This document shows positions 30,732 to 39,490 of a DNA stretch of 64,000 nucleotides, in pieces; position 1 is the stretch's first letter, and each line of letters starts with the position of its first letter. A program made the translations under genes and the position numbers. Under the pieces are notes generated by a model, which ran no database searches, was not told the origin of the DNA, and saw only the letters and a list, made by a program, of their open reading frames with translations. This DNA is from Acidobacteriota bacterium (GTDB taxonomy: Bacteria > Acidobacteriota > UBA890 > WLXD01): contig CAXWPH010000015.1 of assembly GCA_963666055.2 (NCBI GenBank), positions 1-64,000 of the forward strand. Direction: 5' to 3'.

Positions 30732-32663
30732 CTAGTGCAGGCTGTCGAGCTCCGCTTCGGTGGTCTCCCACTCCGCCATGAGCTCGTCTACCCGCACCTT
30801 GAGCTGCGCCTGCTCAGCCTCGACCTTGCGCACCACCGGCCGACTGCGATCGAAGTAGGCGGAGTCACAGAACAGCTCGTTGATCTCGTCGACGCGCGCT
30901 TCTGCCCGTTCGATCTCGGCGGTAATCTGATCGCGACGTGACCTCAACTGCCGCAATTTCGTCTTCAGCTGTGGGCTTGGCCGCTGGCCGTCGGTGCGCC
31001 CACCAACCGCTGACTTGGCCTTGCGCCTCTTCTTGCGCGCCTTGAGAACGACGGTGTCGACGTCGAGATGATCGTCGCCGCAGTAGTGCACGTACTCGTC
31101 GTAGCTGCCCTTGTAGTCGAGGATCGCATCCGACTTGATCTCGACGATCCGCGTAGCCAGCTGGGCGACGAACCACCGATCGTGCGAGACGAAGATCAGC
31201 GTGCCTTCGTAGCGCCGCAGGCCCTCAACCAGCGCTTCGATCGACTCCAGGTCGAGATGGTTCGTGGGCTCGTCGAGCACGAGCACATTAGGCTGTTGGA
31301 CGGCCAACCGGCAGAACACCAGTCGGGCCGCCTCCCCACCCGACAGTGAGCCCAGGCGCTTCTTCGCGTCGTCGCCCGAGAACAGCACCAGGCCGAGCTG
31401 AGCACGCACCGAGCCGATAGTCTGGCCCGGGCACGCATCGTGGATGGCGGCCTCCGCCGTCTGACCCTCGGGCTTGAGCTGTTCACGATGATCCTGGGCG
31501 AAATAGCCGGGGTAGGTTTCGTAGCCCCATTCGACTTCGCCGGAGTCGCAGGCGAGCTCCCCGACGATGATCTTCAGCAGGGTTGACTTGCCGATGCCAT
31601 TGGGTCCCATGATCGCCAGCCGATCGCCGCGGCGGATGGTGAGGTCCACGCCGTGCAGCACTTGCTTGTCGCCGAACGCCTTGGCGATGCCCTTGATCTT
31701 GAGCGTTTCCCGGCCGCTCGGACGAACCTGCGAGAAGCGGAACGTCGGGTAACGCCGCGAGCTCGGCGGCAGGGTTTCGAGGCCCTCGGCCTTCTTTTCG
31801 ATCATCCGCACCCTGCTCTGGGCCTGCCGAGCCTTGCTGGCCTTGGCGCGGAAGCGGTCAACGAAGGCCCGGTGGTGGGCGATCTCCTTCTCGCGCTTGC
31901 CGATCTCTTTTTCCTTGCGGTCGCGGTCCGCCAGCTTGCCGCTCAGGAAGGCGCTGTAATTACCCGTATAAAGAGTCACGGTTTGATAATCGACGTCGAG
32001 AATATTGGTGCTGACGTTGTCGAGGAAGCGATGATCGTGCGAGATCACCACCACCGGCCCGGCGAAATTCTGCAGGAACTTCTCCAGCCAGCGGATCGAC
32101 ACGATGTCGAGATGATTGGTGGGCTCGTCGAGCAGAAGGATGTCGGGGGAGCCGGCCAGGACCTGCGCCAACAGCACCCGTAGCTTGAAGCCACCGGAGA
32201 GCGTCGAGAGGGCGTCGCGATGACCCGCGGTCGGCAGGCCGAGCCCTTCGAGAATCTCGGCCGCACGAGCTTCGGCCGAATACCCGTCGTGGCGCACGAT
32301 GATGTCCTCGAGCTCGGCATACCGATCGCCGTCGAAGTCCGTTTCGGCGTTCGCCAGCACCTCGTCCTTCTCGACGATCGCCTCCCATAGCTCACGATTG
32401 CCCATCATCGTGACGCCCAGAATCTCCTCATCCTCGTAGAGAAACTGGTCTTGCAGCAGCGTTCCCAACTTGACGCGCTTCGGGATGGATACGGAGCCCT
32501 CAGACGGCTCCTCGACACCGATGAGGAGATTCAGCAATGTCGTCTTACCCGAACCGTTGGCGCCAACCAACCCATAGCGCTCGCCGGCGTTGAGTCGAAA
32601 CGTCACGTCGGTAAACAGCGTCTGAGCGCCGAACGACTTCGACAGGCCGGAGACAGAGATCAT
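30732..32663 (-). CDS. ABC-F family ATPase
   Basis: Two ABC domains (GANGSGKT/LSGG/LDEPTNHLD and GPNGIGKS/LSGG/LDEPTNHLD), no membrane segments, C-terminal coiled coil. Confidence 0.93.
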   Translation of the reverse strand: MISVSGLSKSFGAQTLFTDVTFRLNAGERYGLVGANGSGKTTLLNLLIGVEEPSEGSVSIPKRVKLGTLLQDQFLYEDEEILGVTMMGNRELWEAIVEKDEVLANAETDFDGDRYAELEDIIVRHDGYSAEARAAEILEGLGLPTAGHRDALSTLSGGFKLRVLLAQVLAGSPDILLLDEPTNHLDIVSIRWLEKFLQNFAGPVVVISHDHRFLDNVSTNILDVDYQTVTLYTGNYSAFLSGKLADRDRKEKEIGKREKEIAHHRAFVDRFRAKASKARQAQSRVRMIEKKAEGLETLPPSSRRYPTFRFSQVRPSGRETLKIKGIAKAFGDKQVLHGVDLTIRRGDRLAIMGPNGIGKSTLLKIIVGELACDSGEVEWGYETYPGYFAQDHREQLKPEGQTAEAAIHDACPGQTIGSVRAQLGLVLFSGDDAKKRLGSLSGGEAARLVFCRLAVQQPNVLVLDEPTNHLDLESIEALVEGLRRYEGTLIFVSHDRWFVAQLATRIVEIKSDAILDYKGSYDEYVHYCGDDHLDVDTVVLKARKKRRKAKSAVGGRTDGQRPSPQLKTKLRQLRSRRDQITAEIERAEARVDEINELFCDSAYFDRSRPVVRKVEAEQAQLKVRVDELMAEWETTEAELDSLH

Positions 32664-32908
32664 CGATCGCAGCTAACGGTAGAGGGGCAGGACTGGGAGG
32701 CAACCACGCCTCCAACGGAGAGCGCCCGGCGGAGCCCGTGCCCCGCCCGTTCATCCTACCGCCTGATCGCGTCGCTAATAGGCCGCGATCGCCGCCGGGA
32801 AAGCCAGACCCATCCTCGAACCGAGCACCAGTGCAGGATCCATACACTTCTTTACATACCCAAGACGGCAACGGTGTCGTCTTTGCGCGCCACCATGGCG
32901 TCCAACCT

Positions 32909-32929
32909 CTAGTAGGCCGTGGTGAAAGG
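32909..32929 (+). repeat. Family A dispersed element, short copy
   Basis: CTAGTAGGCCGTGGTGAAAGG. Confidence 0.7.
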
Positions 32930-32962
32930 TTGTCCGTGCCCCAAAGCACCTAGGAAGAGCCC

Positions 32963-33685
32963 ATGAGCACCTGGATCTTGATCGCGACGGTGATGATCGG
33001 CGGCGTGTTGCAGCAAGACGTCAAGCCGCAGTTTTCAACCACCGTCTCGTTGATGGCTGGCACCTGGCTGCTCGACGAGCAGCTGAGCCAGGACCCCCGC
33101 GAGGCCATGCGTGACGCCATGCGCGGCGGCCGCGGTGGCATGCGAATGGGCATCGGCGGACGCCCCGGTGGTGGCGGCGGCGGTGGTGGCGGCGGCGGAC
33201 GCCCCGGCGGTGGTGGCGGCGGTGGGCGACCCGGTGGTGGCGGCGGCGGAGGACGACCCGGTGGTGGCGGCGGCGGCGGGCGACCGGGTGGTGGTGGCGG
33301 GGGACGGCCCGATCCAGGCGCCGGCGGCGGGCCCGGTCTGGGATGGGCAGCCAGCAAAGAGATCGAGATCACCAGCAAGGACCCCGGCCTGATGATGGCC
33401 AACGAGACTGGCCTGTTGCGCTACGTCCTTGCCGACGGGCTCTGGGTGGAGCGCAAGCTTCCGGACGGCTCGCGCGCCGAGATCAAGTCAGAGTGGGCTG
33501 ACGGCAAGCTCAAGATCACCACCGCCGTCGACCGCGGATTCAAGACAACGGAGACGTGGGAGGTGCTGCCCGAGGCCGATCGCTTGGTGTTGATACTCCA
33601 GATCGAGAGCCCGAGGCTCGACGATCCGATTTCGATTCGCCGAGTGTTCGATAAGGCCGCTGAGCCAGTCACCGACGGTCGTTGA
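32963..33685 (+). CDS. Secreted hypothetical protein with a Gly-rich RPG(n) insert
   Basis: Signal-like N-terminus, GTW.LD...S.DP, repeated RPGGGGGGG, C-terminal IRRVFD. Confidence 0.75.
   Translation: MSTWILIATVMIGGVLQQDVKPQFSTTVSLMAGTWLLDEQLSQDPREAMRDAMRGGRGGMRMGIGGRPGGGGGGGGGGGRPGGGGGGGRPGGGGGGGRPGGGGGGGRPGGGGGGRPDPGAGGGPGLGWAASKEIEITSKDPGLMMANETGLLRYVLADGLWVERKLPDGSRAEIKSEWADGKLKITTAVDRGFKTTETWEVLPEADRLVLILQIESPRLDDPISIRRVFDKAAEPVTDGR
33158..33310 (+). repeat. Coding tandem repeat (RP plus 6-10 Gly) x5
   Basis: Repeated CG.CC.GGTGGTGGCGGCGGC units. Confidence 0.85.
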
Positions 33686-33693
33686 AGCGCGCC

Positions 33694-35289
33694 TCAACGC
33701 GGCAGCCGCGAAGAGGTTCGGATCTGCGCGATGAGCTCCTGGAATCCGGGAGTTTCCCGGATCGGGTCGAAGTAGGGATCATCATCGAGCACGCTCGGAT
33801 CAAGGTCGCTGATCGCCTGAGCTCGGCGTAACGTCTCGATGGCTTGTTCGCCGTCCCCGATCTGGGCGTGCGCGCGGGCCTGGTACAGCAGCACGTTGAA
33901 GCTGTCGGGCCGAATGAAGTCGGCCACCCCCAACAGCTCGAGCGCCGCCTCCGGGTCGCCTTGCGCCAGGTAGTCGCGAGGTTGGTAGAAAGCGAACAGC
34001 ACAAAGGTGGATTCGAGGAGCCGCTGTACCGCCAGCGCCCTCATGGGATCGTCGGTCACACGCGCCTGGCGCTTGAGCTCCTCCAAATTCAGGTATTGGA
34101 TCAGCTCCTGTGCACTGAGCTGTCGATCGCCGGCGCGGAGCTGCTCAACGACGGCAGCGAGCTCCTCCACGTAGGCGCGGTGCCGCGCCGAAAGTCGGTC
34201 GGCGAGATCGACCGCCGCGACGACCTCGTCGAGATCCTCGAAAGCCCGGACCTTTTCGGCGATCTGATCGAGCACCGAACGGCCGATCACCCCGTCGAAG
34301 TCAGCCAGCAGTCCCGAGTAGCGCCGCCAAGCCTCGTAGATATCGATGGCGCGTCGGCCGACGACTGGATCGCTCGCTACCGAGCCCGGCGCACTGCCGC
34401 CACCGGAATACGCCGCCCGCGCGCGGTTTTCCCACGCCTGCGCCTCGAGCACGCGTCTTGTATAGAGATCTGCCGCCAACGATCTATCGGGCGTGCGGAG
34501 CCCGGTCTTCATCGCTTGTAGCTCCATCCACTCGAGCGCCCGGGAGCAAACCTCTTCCGGGCCCCAGGAGTGGCCGCCGACGAAGTACTCGAACCGATGG
34601 GCAATAGCACCGCTGTCGAGGCGGCGATCCAGCGCACGCATCTCGTCATAGTTGAAGTCCGTGGTCCCAGCGGCACCGTAGTAGCCGTACGGAGCCTCGT
34701 CGGGAGGTACGAAGTTGCCGGGCAGGCCTCCACCGAATCCGACGATCCCGGCAACGAACGACTCGAGCTGTCCTGCGAACTCCCATGCCGACCTGGCGGT
34801 GCCGGAGAACCCACCTAGATAGAACCGCCGGTTGTCGAGCGCGTACAGCCGCGTGCTGTCGGTGAGCATCGCTTCGAGCGCCGGCGAATTGACGTCCTCC
34901 GATACGTCCGATGAGGTGTTGTACGAGCTTACGAGCACGTAGCCCAGCCGCTCTGCCGCAGGACGAAACAGCTCCAACGGTACGCGCGCGCGCCCGCGCG
35001 GATCCATCAGGAACAGCGCCGGCCACGACCGCTCGCGTGTGTACGCGCTCGGCAGATAAACGGCGAACGTCTGTTCCGGGTCGTGCAGACTCTGGATGTT
35101 GTCGGCGATCTCGCCCGGTTGTATGGCCTGTTCGAGCGTCTCCGCAGACTGCTGCGCAGCAGCCTGCATGCCGGGCGCAATGGCGATCGCGCCAGCAAGC
35201 GCCAGTCGCAGTGGAACCGTCGTCGGGAACCGGGATCTCATGGTCGCCCATCGTGGCACCTCAGACATCATCGGCTCAAGCTCCCCCAT
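33694..35289 (-). CDS. Alpha/beta-hydrolase-like protein with C-terminal TPR region
   Basis: YLGGFSG nucleophile elbow, TTDFN, GGHSW; C-terminal helical TPR-like repeats ending DPYFDPIR. Start codon uncertain. Confidence 0.7.
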   Translation of the reverse strand: MGELEPMMSEVPRWATMRSRFPTTVPLRLALAGAIAIAPGMQAAAQQSAETLEQAIQPGEIADNIQSLHDPEQTFAVYLPSAYTRERSWPALFLMDPRGRARVPLELFRPAAERLGYVLVSSYNTSSDVSEDVNSPALEAMLTDSTRLYALDNRRFYLGGFSGTARSAWEFAGQLESFVAGIVGFGGGLPGNFVPPDEAPYGYYGAAGTTDFNYDEMRALDRRLDSGAIAHRFEYFVGGHSWGPEEVCSRALEWMELQAMKTGLRTPDRSLAADLYTRRVLEAQAWENRARAAYSGGGSAPGSVASDPVVGRRAIDIYEAWRRYSGLLADFDGVIGRSVLDQIAEKVRAFEDLDEVVAAVDLADRLSARHRAYVEELAAVVEQLRAGDRQLSAQELIQYLNLEELKRQARVTDDPMRALAVQRLLESTFVLFAFYQPRDYLAQGDPEAALELLGVADFIRPDSFNVLLYQARAHAQIGDGEQAIETLRRAQAISDLDPSVLDDDPYFDPIRETPGFQELIAQIRTSSRLPR

Positions 35290-35337
35290 CAGCCTCGGCC
35301 ACGATGGCTCGCGGTGGACCGCACGAACACCCCTCGT

Positions 35338-36663
35338 CTACTCCTGCAGACGGTTATAACGCCGCAGGATTTCACGCAGACGCTCGTGGGGCAGTGCGTG
35401 GACGGTGACGCTGTCAGCGCCGGTCATGGTCTCGGCCGCCACCATGGCGTTGATCACCGCCTCCTCGGTCGCCTCTACCGTGGCGGCGAAGAACCGGCCG
35501 GTCTCCTCGTTCGCCAGCATCTCGAGGTTGGCGCTACCGGAGCGCGTGTTGGCGGCATGGCGATTTGCGGTGCTGATGGCCATGAAGATATCGCCGGATC
35601 CGTTGCCGGAGACACTACCGTTGCGTGCGAGCCCGAGCGAGACACGTCGCGCTACGCGTTTTAGTTGATGGGAAAGCAGCGGTGCGTCGGTGGCGACGAG
35701 CACGATGATCGACCCCAACTCATCGGGCGGCGAGGCGACATCGCGCGGCGGGCCGTGGCGTCCCTCACGGGCGAGCCCGGGAGGCCAGGCACTAGTATCG
35801 GCGACCGGCGCCCCGCCATCTGTACCAGGCATGAGATCGGGAATCTCCAGCCCCACCGGCACCCCGGCAACGCGCAGCAGCCGACGCAAGCCGTAGTTGC
35901 ACTGCACCAGCACGCCGACGGTGTACTCCGCACCCGCGACACTCACCCGACGCGACGAGGTGCCGGTGCCGCCTTTGAACCCGTGGCAGATCATTCCGGT
36001 TCCGCCGCCGACGTTCCCTTCCACCACCTTGCCGCCGGTGGCCGAGGCCAGCGCCGCCAAGGTGTGCTCCTCGGTGACATGCTGGCCGAGAATGTCGTTC
36101 AACGTGCCGTCCCAGGTTTCCCCGACGACGGGCAACGAGGCCAGCCACGGAGGATAGCCGTCGCCGCGATAGTCGACGCTCTTGCGTACCCCCCAGCGAA
36201 CGACAGCGTGGTGCACGATGCCAACACTGAGGGTGTTGGTGATCATGAACGGGCCTTCCATGATCCCCGAGTCCTCGACCCAGGTCGTGCCGGTAAGCTC
36301 ACCGTCGCCATTGAGCGCGAACCAACCGGCAAACACCGGCGCCGCATCGTCCTTGCCGCGCGGCCATACGGCCGTCACGCCGGTTCTGACCGGTCCCTTG
36401 CCGACCACCAAAGGGCCCTCGCCAGAGATCAATGTCGTGTAGCCGACCTCGACGCCGGCGACATCGGTGATCGCGTTGAGTGGTCCCGGGCGTCCTTCGA
36501 AAGGCACCCCGAGGTCGCGTGCTCGCGGCTTGTCCTGCGCGGCGAATGCTGCAGCGGCCGCCAATGGGGCGGCCACTGCCAGCAAGATGAGAACGATTCT
36601 GGCTCGGGAACGGCGCACCGGGAACCTCCTGTCTGGCGTAGCAGCGTCAGCGACTACCGCCAC
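35338..36663 (-). CDS. P1/S58 family peptidase (DmpA-like)
   Basis: NAITDVAGVEVG, RTGVTA, GNVGGGTGM, GSII autocleavage site, SGDIF. Confidence 0.9.
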   Translation of the reverse strand: MAVVADAATPDRRFPVRRSRARIVLILLAVAAPLAAAAAFAAQDKPRARDLGVPFEGRPGPLNAITDVAGVEVGYTTLISGEGPLVVGKGPVRTGVTAVWPRGKDDAAPVFAGWFALNGDGELTGTTWVEDSGIMEGPFMITNTLSVGIVHHAVVRWGVRKSVDYRGDGYPPWLASLPVVGETWDGTLNDILGQHVTEEHTLAALASATGGKVVEGNVGGGTGMICHGFKGGTGTSSRRVSVAGAEYTVGVLVQCNYGLRRLLRVAGVPVGLEIPDLMPGTDGGAPVADTSAWPPGLAREGRHGPPRDVASPPDELGSIIVLVATDAPLLSHQLKRVARRVSLGLARNGSVSGNGSGDIFMAISTANRHAANTRSGSANLEMLANEETGRFFAATVEATEEAVINAMVAAETMTGADSVTVHALPHERLREILRRYNRLQE

Positions 36664-36693
36664 GGTTCCCTATCGGCGCGCCAAGCTCAACCC

Positions 36694-37347
36694 TCAGGAG
36701 ACGGGTCGGCCGCTTGACTCACCGACCGCGGCGCGGCGGCTGAAGTCGAGCGCATAGAGCACGTACGCGGGGTAGATCCCGGTGTCCTGCGAGCCGGAGA
36801 TCGTGTAGTTGTTGCGCGCTGTACCCCGCGACACGAAGGCGATCTCCACTCGGCCGGTAACGCTACTGAAGCCCTTGCCCTCGGCGTGAGCACCGAACGT
36901 GAAGTATGTCCAGACGAGCCCAGTGCCAGAGCGGATGGGCCGCTCGCTATCCGGCAACCCGAGCGTCACCGCGATGCGGCCGCGGTCAGACCTCCAGCCG
37001 CGGAACGGCGTGTCGCGGTACCTGAGGTTGGCGTAGGCAACGCGCTCGTAGAATGCGTCCTTGAACGGGTTTCCCGGCTTCCGGAGATCGGCGTCACGAC
37101 GCTCCCAGAAACGGGTGATGAAGGCGGCGCGCTGGTCGGAGGTCCGTAGCTCCTTCCACACATCGCGCTCCTCGTCGAGGATCAGGTACTCCACCGGGCC
37201 ATCCAGCCAGTCGTCGAGGTCGCTCTCGTAGTACGCCATCGCCTCGGCGGCGGTAGTCGGCGACTGGCCGACCGCCTCCGCCGGCGCCACCGTAGCCAGC
37301 GCCAGGGTAAATGCCAGGGTCAACACGGTCGCCAATAGAACTCTCAT
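36694..37347 (-). CDS. GWxTD domain protein
   Basis: FW..RD....PGN.F...FY.RVAYAN and GWRSDRGRI...LG.PD; signal peptide. Confidence 0.85.
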   Translation of the reverse strand: MRVLLATVLTLAFTLALATVAPAEAVGQSPTTAAEAMAYYESDLDDWLDGPVEYLILDEERDVWKELRTSDQRAAFITRFWERRDADLRKPGNPFKDAFYERVAYANLRYRDTPFRGWRSDRGRIAVTLGLPDSERPIRSGTGLVWTYFTFGAHAEGKGFSSVTGRVEIAFVSRGTARNNYTISGSQDTGIYPAYVLYALDFSRRAAVGESSGRPVS

Positions 37348-37412
37348 GTCACTCTCCTGTCGTTTCGCCCGACGGACGCAATGGATCATCGGCGATCGGG
37401 GGTTTGCCGAGG

Positions 37413-37441
37413 CTAGCAGGCCGTGGTGAAAGTGTGGTGGT
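37413..37441 (+). repeat. Family A dispersed element
   Basis: CTAGCAGGCCGTGGTGAAAGTGTGGTGG. Confidence 0.85.
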
Positions 37442-37494
37442 GCTCCGGTTTTCGGACTCTACCGGTAACTTGTACCCGCCCGACGATCTGGTTA

Positions 37495-37610
37495 CCAGGC
37501 CTCCCGTAGCATCGCGGCCCGCCCCCGTCCAGCTGTTCGCCAATGTGGCGCACCTGCTGGCGTGGTTCGAGTGCTATCGAAACGACCCTGTCTCGATGGA
37601 CAATAACTGA
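37495..37610 (+). pseudogene. Possible eroded C-terminus of an S9 peptidase
   Basis: Across one frameshift it reads S.SIAARP|VQLFANVAHLLAWFECYR, which resembles S9 peptidase ends (from memory). Confidence 0.35.
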
Positions 37611-37679
37611 AGAATCGGATCATCCCAGGGCATGCTGGACAGTTGCCGCATGCCGCCCATTCGGCGCATCGAGGCTCTT

Positions 37680-38069
37680 ATGCCGAGCATCCGTGTCCGT
37701 GTCGTCGCCGCCTGGGCAGTGGCGATGTTGCTGGCACTGTTCTTCATCCAAACCGGACCCGGCAAGCTCAACCCCTCGCCGGCGTTGGTCGAGCGATTCG
37801 AGGGCTGGGGCTACAGTGGCGGCTTCGCACGGGTCGTCGGCATAGCCGAGACCACCGGCGCGCTGATCGTGCTGGTCCCCTCATTCGCTGCGTACGGCGC
37901 ATTGCTGATCGCCACGGTCATGATAGGAGCCATCTACACGCACCTGTCAACGGGTATCGGTGGTCCCGAGACAGCGGCGCAGATGCTGGTGCTGGCCGGC
38001 GCCCTGATAGCGTTGCGTGCCCGAGATGCTCGGCCGCTGCGCAAGCGACGCCGCATCGATCTCGTTTGA
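37680..38069 (+). CDS. DoxX family membrane protein
   Basis: GKL, FEGWGY, VGIAE, MIGAIYTHL; four hydrophobic helices. Confidence 0.85.
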   Translation: MPSIRVRVVAAWAVAMLLALFFIQTGPGKLNPSPALVERFEGWGYSGGFARVVGIAETTGALIVLVPSFAAYGALLIATVMIGAIYTHLSTGIGGPETAAQMLVLAGALIALRARDARPLRKRRRIDLV

Positions 38070-38154
38070 GCAACCTGGAGCGGCGGCGGGCCCACCGGCC
38101 GCGAGCAGTTAGCAGGCCGGGAAGTGTGACCTGCTAGCGGCCTGTTACAGGCCA

Positions 38155-38944
38155 CTAAATGAGGCTGCGGATCCAGCCGCCGTCGACGGCGATCGACGCG
38201 CCGGTGATGTAGCTGGCGCGCTCGGACGCAAGAAACGCCACCATCGCCGCGAACTCGCGCGGTTTCGCCAGCCTCCCCATGGGTATCGCCTCCTCCCAGG
38301 CGGCGACGATCTCATCGCGGCTGCCGCCCGTCGTCTCGGCCTGATGCCTGGCCAACTGCTCGACACGCTCGGTCCAGGTAAATCCAGGCATGACGTTGTT
38401 TACCGTCACCCCCGAGGCAGCAACCTCGTTGGCGAGCGTCCGCGCGAACCCGGTGACCGCTGCACGGATCGAGTTCGACAGGATCAGCCCGTCGACCGGC
38501 TGCTTCACGGCGATGGAAGTGATGTTGATAATGCGGCCCCAGCCCCTGTGACTTCATGCCAGGCAACACCGCGCGGCTGAAGTTGAGGACGCTATCGAGC
38601 GTACCCAGAACGGCGTCGCTCCAGACCTGCCGCGAATGTGCCTCGAACGGTCCGGCGGGAGGTCCACCGGAGTTGGTCACCAGCACGTCCACGTGCCCGT
38701 GAGCGTCGTGGGCAGCCGCCACCACCGCGTCGACATCCGTGGCGCGGCTCACGTCAGCCGGCACCGCCATTACCTCGGCCCCGACGGCGGTCAGCGACGC
38801 ACACGCCTCCTCGAGGGCCTCCTCACCACGCGCGCAGATGACCAGCTTGCAGCCTTCGGCGGCGAGCTCCTCGGCGACGGCGCGCCCTAGTCCCTTGCTT
38901 GCTGCGGCAACCAAGGCGACCTTGCCCTGCAGGCCGAGATCCTT
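38155..38944 (-). pseudogene. SDR oxidoreductase with a frameshift and AAG in place of the start codon
   Basis: (K)DLGLQGKVALVAAASKGLG, TNSGGP, SNSIRAA, ITG.SI.VDGG. One extra C at 38543-38546 breaks QGWGRIINITS. Confidence 0.8.
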
Positions 38945-38947
38945 ACG

Positions 38948-39319
38948 CTAGCCGTCGCGGAAATAGGTGTCGGTGCCGTCGAGCCAGTCCTGACGCGGCG
39001 GTGAGAACACGTCGACGTCGAGCGTGTCCTCTAACGCCTCGGCCTTGTGTGGAACGTTCGATGGCAGGGTGAGTACCTCGCCGGCGTGCACATCAATCGG
39101 CTCGGCATCCTCGCTACCGACCCAGAAGCGCAGGACACCATCGAGCACATAGGTGAGCTGCTCGTTGTCGTGTGAGTGCATCGGCACGATGCCACCCTTC
39201 TTGATATACACGTGCGCCAGCATCATGCGCTCGCAGGTAACCAGCCGACGGTCGATCAGATCGGTCACCTTCTCCTTCGGCATGTCTTCCCAGCGGAACT
39301 TGGACACTTCGCTTGCCAT
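38948..39319 (-). CDS. Cupin-domain protein
   Basis: PMHSHDNEQ, PSNVPH, DVFSPPRQDW; AGGAG RBS. Confidence 0.9.
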   Translation of the reverse strand: MASEVSKFRWEDMPKEKVTDLIDRRLVTCERMMLAHVYIKKGGIVPMHSHDNEQLTYVLDGVLRFWVGSEDAEPIDVHAGEVLTLPSNVPHKAEALEDTLDVDVFSPPRQDWLDGTDTYFRDG

Positions 39320-39443
39320 CAGCCACTCCTGTTCGGGCGGTCCCTGGTCACCTCGGGAACGCCAAAAGGCTCGTATCGTACCCGACGAGCGACGCAGATT
39401 GTCGCGCCGGCGGCGCCGCCTCGGGTGTAGCGTGCGGAACACT

Positions 39444-39490
39444 CGCAAGACCCTGTCGCCGGACCCGCCACACTTCCACCACCGCCTTAG
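39444..39490 (-). repeat. Family A dispersed element starting at the glnS stop codon
   Basis: Reverse complement CTAAGGCGGTGGTGGAAGTGTGGCGGGTCCGGCGACAGGGTCTTGCG. Confidence 0.82.

Noticed and set aside
32664-32962. Riboswitch or leader peptide upstream of the ABC-F gene
   Set aside because: No recognisable aptamer, terminator or convincing short ORF by eye; an Rfam search would be needed.
32950-33402. Proline-rich minus-strand ORF
   Set aside because: It is the antisense shadow of the Gly-rich gene.
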